DNA of 64,000 nucleotides from Octopus sinensis (Eukaryota): the NCBI RefSeq assembly GCF_006345805.1, contig NC_042997.1, positions 25,048,001 to 25,112,000 of the forward strand, read 5' to 3'. Both the position numbers and the translations under genes were made by a program. The notes below the pieces were generated by a model that worked only from the letters and a program-made list of their open reading frames with translations, was not told the origin of the DNA and did no database searches. Below are positions 54,712 through 64,000 of this stretch, one piece after another; the first letter of the stretch is position 1; every line of letters begins with the position of its first letter.

Positions 54712-54932
54712 TATTTCTTTATTACCCACAAGGGGCTAAACATAGAGGGGACAGACATAGGTATTAAGTCGATTACATCGACTCCAGTGCGTAACTGGTA
54801 CTTAATTTATCGACCCCGAAAGGATGAAAGGCAAAGTCGACCTCGGCGGAATTTGAACCCACAACGTAACGGGAGACGAAATACCGCTAAGCATTTCGCT
54901 CAACCTGCTAACGATTCTGCCAGCTCGCCACC
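54712..54932 (-). mobile_element. SINE family A
   Basis: Reverse family A body. Confidence 0.9.
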
Positions 54933-55389
54933 GTCCTCAGCCACAACCATCAAACGTACGTTCACATTCGGCATTTCTTTAGTTCGTTAATATGCATGCA
55001 TGCATATATAGATACATACATAGGTACATACATATATACATACATATAAATATGTACACATGCGCGCGCACACACACATTTGTATGTTTATGGGTGGATG
55101 TAAAACCACAAATAATAGCATGTAAGTATTGGTAAGTATAAAATACTCTTTTACTTGTTTCAGTCATTTGACTGCGGCCATACTGGAGTTCCGCCTGTAG
55201 TCGAGCAAATCGACCCCAGGACTTATATGATGATAAGAGGCCGCAATGGATGCAATTAGCATTCTAAAATGAAAGTTCTTTTCTACCGTGATGCTGGAAG
55301 CTCGTCTTATCCTTACCTAACTTTAATTGCATCCATTACGAATACATCAGTTAGCAATAGAACGGAATAGATTAGAGGTGGACTTGTTA

Positions 55390-56960
55390 GCAAATTAGAA
55401 GTGGTGAGTAGTAGTAAGGGCATCTTGGTGATGATGGCTCTTGGCCATTTCTTAGAAGTGAAACACGAACGTTACGTTATCAGATCTAAGGCTTGTACGT
55501 TCAAACACAAAGGAACTAAAACTGCGCGATTGGCCCGAACAGTGGAGACGCGACGTGCAAACAAATCTCCGATCAGGTCTTTGACGGATCGAGACAGGTG
55601 AGTGCTTCTCAGCTCCGAGTAGATATGTGCAGCTTTACAGCAGTACCTCACGTGGGTGTTTGAGGAGGACGAGGGGTCAACGACGGTAGTGGATTTTAAT
55701 TCGTACCTGAACGGCCTACCGCGATTCTCGGCAGCTGACACGAGGTTATTTGAAAAGCCGCTAACATCCGGAGAAATTTGCAAATCACCCGGTTTTAATG
55801 GTTTGCGCTACGAATCCTATGTATAGAGCCAGATTTTTTTGGCGACCTCTTGGCAGACGTCTACTACAAATGTCAGCAGACCGGTAGAATTCCGAGTGCT
55901 GTTAACCTGGTTATGGTGACACTACTGATGAAGAACGATGAAAGTGGGGACTCACTAGGGAATTTTCAACCCATAATTTTGCTTAACACAGAGTTTCACA
56001 TTTTAGGCAAGGTTTTGGTGAAAAGATTGGCGCTTGTCGTTGGTATCCTGGTTGAGGAAGCACAAACGTGCGCAATACCAAACAGGTCAATCCATGACAG
56101 CTTCCTCCTTATGCAATATATATTATAGCGCGGGCTGTGACCAAAGCTCGCTTCGTGGGTGCTCTGGTCTGTTTGGACCAATCAAAAGCATTCGATAAGG
56201 ATCGCTACTTGGAAGGAGGCGGTTTTGGACACGTTTTCAGCGGCTGGATTGCCACAATGCACAGCGGTGCCTGTTCAGTAGTAAAAGTATTGGCACCTAA
56301 GCCACTGCTGTGGAAGTTGGAACAGTTAAGAGGCATCCCTCCGAAGTGGAGACGGTCGACACTATTTTAAAGGAATATATATTACAGTAAATCGGCGGGT
56401 TTGTGTTTGGGCTCCTGGAGAGGCAAGTTGTTGCCATCGGACAGCGTCATCGGATGCCGGACCGACTGACTAATGAAACTACTTGAGATCTGGTTTAGTC
56501 TCGACCTCCAAAATGATATGAACTGGGACAAGGTGACGAACAGGGTGGCCAATCTTATCGAAAAATGGACTGAGAGGAAGCTGTCCTTGAAAGCTGTCCT
56601 TGAAAGGTGGCGAATGCCTGCATCGCTTCCGTTATCATTTCCCGCCTGATCTTCGTGCCGTGTCCTGGTTACTGCTTGACCAAGTTGGATCGTCTCTTAT
56701 TTAAATTCTTGTGGAAGGAGCGCGGTCCAATGGGCAGGCGGTCAGTCTATTGCCATCACCATCTCAATGGCGCATTAAGTATGCCGAAGCTTCTAATGCA
56801 CAGACGCGTTCTTAGGTTGTCTCACCTACAACAATTTCTGGACGGCGAGCGTGTCTGACGGATTGTGAGACTCTTCTATCCGTAGCTCATCTCCTTAACG
56901 GGGCTGCAGTCCTGGATGAAGAAAAGACCGAGACTGGGCACCTGGCTCACAACCCTCTAC
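55390..56960 (+). pseudogene. Tx1/L1-clade LINE ORF2 remnant
   Basis: LGNFQPIILLNTEFHILGKVLVKRLALVVGILVEEAQTCAIPNRSIHD; GALVCLDQSKAFD; KLDRLLFKFLWKERGP..GALSMP. Confidence 0.85.
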
Positions 56961-56990
56961 CAATCAGGGTTGTATATATGTATATATATA

Positions 56991-57083
<93 letters not shown>

Positions 57084-58188
57084 CATATACCTAGAAATGG
57101 ATGCGTGCGTTCCGTCATATAATAAATAAATAAATAAATAAATAAATAAAACAATTAATTTATTATATATACATATATATTTACATACATATATACATAT
57201 ATACATACATATCACATGCATACATACACGCACTCACAAACAGAGACGCAGACATATATAAAATTGAAATAGTAGTTTGCAATGTTTTGCCAAAGGGGAA
57301 AACTTATAAACACCTACATTGCTAGAAATAAGTGATTATTTCTAGCAATGCTTATTTCTAGAAATAAGAGCTAGAAATAAGTGCTAAAATGCTGTAATGC
57401 TGTAATCAAAACGCATAATTTTCTACATAACGGCAGACGAAGATTTTAATCGTCCGAAAACGCCGTTCGAGAATATTATATATACATACAAGTATTGGGT
57501 AAGCACAGGACTTTAAAATAATAAGAACCGGGATGATTTATTCGATTAAACCTTTCAAGTCAGTGCACTAACATGGCCACAGTCCATTGAAGGAAACGAG
57601 TAAAAGAAAATATAAATGATATATAAGGAATTAATGATTATTATACGACAGTTTTCTTTTTTCTCTTTAAATATTAGTTTCAGGCAATTTCTTCGATAGA
57701 CGGAAACACGAACAATGCTGTCAGTGTAATTAATCTATTAACTGAAAATATTTCTTCAGATTATAGGTCGTTCTACTGTAAATGCTCAAATGCAATAAAG
57801 CGCGTGTATATGTCTGTGCGAGTGTATGTGTACGCTTCTGAGTGCGCGCGAGTGTGTGTATGAGTGTTTGCGTGAGCGTGTGTGCATGTGTGTGTGTGCA
57901 TGTGTGTGTGTGTGCATGTGTGTGTGTGTGTGTATGTGTGTGTGTGTGTGCGTCTGCATGTGTGTCTGGGTGTTTCTGGTTGTATTCAGAGAGGACTATT
58001 GATACATGGCAATTGTCTAGCAAACAAATTAGAAATCACAAAACAGTTGAAATTTCCACCATACCGATTTTATTTTTTGAATGAATATCTCTCTTTTCGC
58101 CCTACGAATAAATTGGGTCATGTGATAAGAATGTAATTTAGGTTATGAAAGGTAACTTTGGTTATAAACTATCTTTAGTAGTACTTAG

Positions 58189-58295
58189 GATTTTACTTCG
58201 AAGCAATAGTTACGATTCTGAAGCAGCAACACCTGACCACAGTTTAGTGATTAAACTACAGAACGTTACCATTCATTGCAGCAAACCAAGCTATG
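58189..58295 (+). CDS. Candidate exon 4: (R)ILLRSNSYDSEAATPDHSLVIKLQNVTIHCSKPSY
   Basis: cttag|G acceptor (upstream AGs make it imperfect), donor ATG|GTATCG, 107 nt, open, phase 2 to 1. Confidence 0.45.
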
Positions 58296-58655
58296 GTATC
58301 GACTGTTGCTCATCATGAAATATGTGCATGGATCAAGAGACAAAACCAATCGAAACAGCTCGGTTGTTTATTAAGTCACCGACTTTTTGTGGAAGTGAAT
58401 ATTCCTAAGTTTATTTTATTTAACAATGAACCGAACATTAAAAGTTGTTGAAATATTTCGTGTATAATAGAAAATAAAAATTTACCAAAGGAAACACCAA
58501 CACACTTGCGCCTATATGTAAATGTATGTATTTATACGCATACATACGCGCAAATAATTATGTATCTATCTATCTACTCACACACACACACACATGTACA
58601 TATGATCATATATTTTAGATATACAAACATGATAAATTTAACTGTTTCTCCACAG

Positions 58656-58801
58656 ATAGAAAAAAAATGATGAACAACCTTAATCGATTTTCGAAACTCA
58701 TTAAGCTCTCATCAGAGGTGTCACTTAACACATCGTTATTAGAAAACGTCATCCAGTCTGCTTACATACACAACAAATTCAGTAGCTTCAAAGAACTGGA
58801 G
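58656..58801 (+). CDS. Candidate exon 5: (D)RKKMMNNLNRFSKLIKLSSEVSLNTSLLENVIQSAYIHNKFSSFKELE
   Basis: tttaactgtttctccacag| acceptor, GAG|GTACTA donor, 146 nt open, phase 1 to 0. Confidence 0.55.
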
Positions 58802-58917
58802 GTACTAATTTGCACACCACGACTGCCTAACACTTTATTTAAAACACACATATTCTTCCCCCCACACATATATACACATACCTTCATGCATGTGCGTGCA
58901 CAATACATACATATATA

Positions 58918-59218
58918 CGGATCTAGGACTTTTCGTCTAAAACACTTCGGTCTAATGCGCTACGGTCTAAAGAACTTTGGTCTAAACTTTTGTTATAAAT
59001 ACACTATAGTCTAAAGACATTTTGTCTAAATGCTGTTTAGTATGGACAGTTTTGTCTAAACTCCTTTTGGTCTAATAACTATTTTGTCTATATTATCCCA
59101 AAAAATTGTAACAGATCTAAATAACTATATTATCTAATAATCCTTTTTGTCTTTAGACGAAAATGCTTAGACTAAAGTGGTTTAGAGCAAAGTGTTTTAC
59201 ACCAAAGTGCCCTATCTC
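58918..59218. mobile_element. MITE with imperfect TIRs and ~15-bp periodic subterminal repeats
   Basis: (g/t)gtctaaa repeats on the left, tttagac on the right; ends ggatctaggacttttcgtctaaaacactt vs rc gagatagggcactttggtgtaaaacactt. Confidence 0.7.
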
Positions 59219-59289
59219 ATACATACATACATACATACATACATACATACATACATACATACATACATACATGACGTTCCGAATATATA

Positions 59290-60110
59290 TATATATATAT
59301 ATAATATATACAATGCCTTTCGGAATAAATGTAGATCATCCACCTGTTATTGAATATGTACACAAATACTACTACAAGGAATACCCATTGTGCAGCATAA
59401 CAGGCCGGTTATTCTTGTTTGGGACAGACAAGAGATAGTATTTACCGTCAAAGAGGTAAACTGTCCTACTAATGAGAATATCTCTTTGAAAATCAAACTG
59501 AAAGAAGATAACTATGGGCAACTACCTCGAAAGCTCCAGCATCTATACCCGGATTACAAAGTGACAATTTATACAAATAATAATTGGAGCACTTGGTTTT
59601 GTAAGTAAATGCCTAACTGTCATTCTGGATCAGCTTGGATTTTCAGAAAAAGAAGTCAATCGATGGATTCACAGATTACTAATTCAACCTGTGGAGGCGC
59701 AATGGCCCAGTGGTTAGGGCAGCGGACTCGCGGTCGTAGGATCGCGGTTTCGATTCCCAGACCGGGCGTTGTGAGTGTTTATTGAGCTAAAACACCTATG
59801 GGGATGGTGGTGATCCCTGCTGTACTCTTTCACCACAACTTTCTCTCACTCTTACTTCCTGTTTCTGTTGTACCTGTATTTCAAAGGGCCGGCCTTGTCA
59901 CTCCTGTGTCACGCTGAATATCCCCGAGAACTACGTTAAGGGTACACGTGTCTGTGGAGTGCTCAGCCACTTACACGTTAATTTCACGAGCAGGCTGTTC
60001 CGTTGGTCGGATCAACCGGAACCCTCGTCGTCGGAACCGACGGAGTGCTTCCAATTCAACCTGTAAGTGAAACGGTAAAATTATGCCAGACTTTTCCCAG
60101 GTTTAAAATG
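59290..60110 (+). pseudogene. C-terminal restriction-like endonuclease of an R4/Dong-like non-LTR element, interrupted by a SINE
   Basis: QHNRPVILVWDRQEIVFTVKEVNCPTNENI..KEDNYGQL..LQHLYPDYK..; SVSETVKLCQTFPRF after the SINE. Confidence 0.7.
59691..60052 (+). mobile_element. SINE family B (small internal deletion)
   Basis: TSD aattcaacctgt at 59681-59692 and 60053-60064. Confidence 0.92.
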
Positions 60111-60701
60111 TGCCATTGTTTTTCTTTATCTACATTCCAAAGATGGAGCATTGTATCTTTGTTAAAAATGCGGCTCTTTCTTCAGAGGAAGAATTTAAAT
60201 GATTAAATACAGAAGAGACATACACACAAACTTACGTACATATATACAAACCTACGTAGACACATACACACGTACATACATACAGATATATATAATTTCA
60301 ATCTTTCTATGATTATTTTTGGCGATCCACAGTATTTTCCATTACTATCCGCTTCTTTCTTTTCTTGTGTTTGTTGTCTACATAATTTATTTGTTTGTTT
60401 ATTTATCACTAAGTCGACATTTCGTCTTTGCTATTTCTTTATTGGAAAATCAGTATTGCTGCTGCTCGTATGCTCCCCACCACCACCACCATTATCATAC
60501 TAGCACCAGTACTGTGACCATTGTGATCTCAACCTTTACTCTGTCTCGTCCGATATTTTATTAATCTATCTTTCTATCTGCTTCAGTATCTCTGTCAGCA
60601 TTTCTGCCATTCTATCAGTCTTTTATATTCATACGAACGAACCTAATCGATATTATTTTGTTTATTTTTCTTTTATTTAATCCCTCCTGCTTTCTTTCTT
60701 C

Positions 60702-60743
<42 letters not shown>

Positions 60744-61848
60744 GCCTTTCATTCTTTCTTTCTAGCCTGCGTATTTTCCAAGCAGAAGCGGATGGAAGTA
60801 GCGAAAATCAAAATATAGATGAAGAGGGGGTGGGGTGGGGGGTTGAATGAAGACAAAAAAATATATATATGAAAAAAAAAGAAGAAATAACATGACAGCA
60901 ACAATAAAATTACGACAGCAACAATAATTACGAGGAGCAATAATGACCACAACTACCACCAACAACAGCAGCAACACCGCCGCCGCCGCCACCATCAACG
61001 CCATCACCACCACCACCACAACAACAACAACGACAACAACCATATCAGAAACAGCAACCTACGTGCTAACAAAAGACGTAAGGCGAAAAGAACGATAAAC
61101 ATTATCATAACGGAATTCATCATTCTGTCGCGTACTATGTCCACATTGACCACAAAAATGATTACAACCGCGGGCGCACACTCTACCAAAACTACTATAA
61201 AAGCAATCGTTATAGCGAAAAGTTCAGCGGTATTTTGGACAAAGAGCCGGAAGGGCAATACAATATAAGAATGATGGAGTATTGGGTCACAATTGTGCGT
61301 TCGTTTTTATTCAATACTTAAACTTTGCATCGTGATATTTCTTCCTTTTTTTTTTTTTTTTTTTCTTCTTCGATTTGTGAGAAATTCTACTGGGAAAGGA
61401 TGAGATGCTATGAGACAAGAAAAAGTGTTGGGAAGGCGGAGAAGTAGGAGGAGGAGGAGAAGGAGGAGGAAAAGGAGTATGAGAAAGGAAGGGCGTAAGA
61501 AAGAAAACAAGAGAGTGGAAACAGAAATAGAAATAAAAATAACTAAATAAATAAAAAGACCATCTAGGATACGACCATTGATCAGTCGTCAACATATGTA
61601 AAGCTGTGATTTATTGTCATCCGCTTTGAAACCGCGCAAATATTTTCCGACGGTAAAAATAAAATCATCATCATCATCATCATCATCATCGCTTTTTTTT
61701 TGTATTATTGAAGTTAGCTAAGAAATCAAATATTCATTCAATCCATCTTTACTGTTAATTTTTTTTAATTATTTTTTTTTTGCCTGTGTCTTCACCGGTC
61801 GGTCGGATGAAAAATAAACTATTTATAGAAAAACAAATATGATGTCTA

Positions 61849-61905
61849 CGCCATTTTGGTGGGTGGGGGGATCTTACGTCATGTCTGGCGTAATGACTGA
61901 CGTAA
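61849..61905. promoter_or_regulatory. YY1-like plus two CRE/bZIP-like sites
   Basis: CGCCATTTT 61849-61857, TTACGTCA 61874-61881, TGACGTAA 61898-61905. Confidence 0.35.
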
Positions 61906-62431
61906 TGTCTCTGTTTTATTGTCTGTTGAATTAAAGGTCTTGTGATGCGACACCAGCGATATTCAAAGGCCAAGAATATAAAAACAAATTTATGCTAAAA
62001 TGCCTCTGAAAATATTGTTTCCAAATACGATTGGTGTTTTGACTCTGTGATATTGTTCTGTTATGCACTATTAGCATTTTAATGTACTTTAGCCTATAAC
62101 ATTTATTCTATATTTTCTGACATTGCTGTCGACTAGAGACACCAGATGAAACTGGTTCAGCCTCACACAATGAAACACGTGTGCTATTGATCTGACACAG
62201 TATTCGATTTAAGCTCTTGCCTTAATTACGAGCTGCTTTTTAATGCTACCAAACTATTACCTATACATTTCACCTAACACACGAAGCGGTTATAATGGAC
62301 GGATGAAGATAAATATTCATTTATTTGATTTTTGACTTTACGTGACCTTTAATTTGGACAAGTTAGGTGGTCAATACAATTAAATTCGAGGATGTTTTTA
62401 AAGCAAGGACCACAATTGTTTGTTCCTTCTC

Positions 62432-62686
62432 AAGCTATGCCTAGCTCACAGAGCCGGAGCCGCTTTCCCGGTTTCCTTGGCGTTTAGGTTCCCAAGATGC
62501 AAGAGGAAAGAGTGAGAGAAAGTTGTGACGAAAGATTCAGCAGAATTTCACCGTTACCTTCTGCCGGAGCTGCGTGGAGCTTAGGTGTTTCGCTCATATA
62601 CACACACATCGCCCGGTCTGAGATTCGAACCCGCGATCCCTCCACCGCGAGTCTGCTTCTCTAACCACTAGGCCATGTGCCTCCAC
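62432..62686 (-). mobile_element. Mosaic SINE: family B head/body plus family C tail
   Basis: Head as family B (gagcgaaacacctaagctccacg..cacaactttctctcactc), tail acgccaaggaaaccgggaaagcgg..gagctaggcatagcttgag like 1570-1640. Confidence 0.75.
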
Positions 62687-62950
62687 AAAGATCACAATTA
62701 CGAAGTACTAAATTAAGCAAAGAAACGTAAATAATTAAGTGTTGTTTCATCAATCAAAGGAATTTAAATTCTAGCTTCAAAATCAACATCTCGATTTCAA
62801 AAGTGTGAAGTGTAAAGCTTGCGCTATCAGAATGATCTTAGCCCCTTTTCACGAACATTTATGGGATTCTAGTAGGGTTCATACTACTTGTTGGAATTCG
62901 GTAAGCAAAACTGAAATTCACGTTAAACGCATCACAAGAAAATATCTTAG

Positions 62951-63116
62951 GCTGATCTTCGAAAATCCGCAGTGATATACACAGACAACCGTACAGACAA
63001 GCTTGTTCAAATATATTTCAGATGTAGAGAAACAATTATGAATGTATGTGTGACTATGTACCACAGAGCGAGTGGAAGTCTTCTCTGCCCAAGTAATTTC
63101 AATTTGTGTTGGGCAG
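62951..63116 (+). CDS. Candidate exon 6: ADLRKSAVIYTDNRTDKLVQIYFRCRETIMNVCVTMYHRASGSLLCPSNFNLCWA
   Basis: cttag|G acceptor (weak pyrimidine tract), CAG|GTTATA donor, 166 nt open, phase 0 to 1; gene would continue beyond the window. Confidence 0.42.
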
Positions 63117-63130
63117 GTTATATGTGTATG

Positions 63131-63222
<92 letters not shown>

Positions 63223-63257
63223 CCTACCTATCTCTCTCTCTCTCTCTCTCTCTCCTC

Positions 63258-63289
<32 letters not shown>

Positions 63290-63294
63290 ATATG

Positions 63295-63545
63295 CAGATT
63301 TTCTTCTTTATTTTCTTTCCTTGTTCCTTTCTGTGTTCCCTTTTTTTCACTTCCCGAGCGTTATACTAATGCATCTATTTGTTGTCTACACCACCTGTCG
63401 ACTTTGCCTTTCATCCTTTCGGGGTCGATTAAATAAGTACCAGTTACGCACTGGGGTAGATATAATCGACTTAATCCGTTTGTCTGTCCTTGTTTGTCTT
63501 CTCTCTGTTTAGCCCCTTGTGGGTAGTAAAGAAATAGGTATTAGC
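63295..63545 (+). mobile_element. PLE-type terminal repeat fragment (hammerhead core deleted) fused to a 5'-truncated SINE A
   Basis: 63295-63397 homologous to 46320-46500; joins gtcgactttgcctttcatcc SINE A core at 63397. Confidence 0.7.
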
Positions 63546-63629
63546 GTCTTTTGGCGTCTATTTTCTGGCGCGTGGAGAGGCTCATAGCCAATCCCTTGTT
63601 ATAATTATATGTATATATATATATATATA

Positions 63630-63800
63630 TAACGGGAAGCTTTATGAAAATAAACAAAGACGAAGGCAGGTGGAACAAAACGAACAATTGTATTAGTATG
63701 GCGCTCAGGAAATATAAATAAACAAGTCTTTAACGTTTCGAGCCTACGCTCTTCAACAGAAAGATACACAGAGAGAGAAAAACACAGAAAGAAGGAGAAA
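63630..63800 (-). mobile_element. PLE-type terminal repeat with degenerate minimal hammerhead (63727-63764)
   Basis: UCUUU-CUGUUGA-A-GAGC-GUAG-GCUC-GAAA-CG-UU-AAAGA, 3' end in (TA)n. Confidence 0.7.
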
Positions 63801-64000
63801 AAAAAATGCGTGCAGTAGCTAACGAATCAACATGGCGATCTGATTTCGGCCAGAGGTCAAAGATCAAATCATGAGACCGAGAGCGAAATAAGGGGAGATA
63901 ATAGGGTTGATAAATGGGTTGAGGACCAGCTAAAATTGTGTGGGGGGGTCTGGATGTGTGTATGTATAGGGTTGGTGTATGTATTAGTATGTATAAGGGT

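Noticed and set aside
58930-59200. CRISPR-like periodic repeats
   Set aside because: Repeats are only about 7 bp with about 8-bp spacers, flip orientation, and lie in a eukaryotic MITE; no cas genes

Overview
AT-rich, repeat-dominated eukaryotic genomic DNA. The SINE families and microsatellite load look like an octopus (coleoid cephalopod) genome; this is an inference, not a database result. Most of the window is tRNA-derived SINEs (several mosaic families), decayed LINEs (RTE, CR1, Tx1/L1-like, R4-like), Penelope-like element (PLE) remnants, Tc1/mariner remnants, MITEs, a non-autonomous Helitron and long microsatellites, with a 100-N gap at 32640-32739. Almost all supplied ORFs are microsatellite artefacts or TE fragments. 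Three things stand out. (1) There are at least seven hammerhead-ribozyme-like motifs in short PLE-type repeats: one with an intact core inside a 129-bp palindrome (39199-39253), one with a long stem II next to a GIY-YIG remnant, and one bounding a 479-nt retrozyme-like tandem unit. (2) A hand-built, phase-consistent six-exon plus-strand model (CCAAT/TATA promoter near 28.9 kb, exons out to 63.1 kb) encodes an unrecognised protein of at least 181 aa with a signal-peptide-like N-terminus. (3) A CpG-rich ETS/CRE promoter-like island with a splice donor lies at 13.4-13.7 kb. All coordinates were counted by eye and element ends are approximate.
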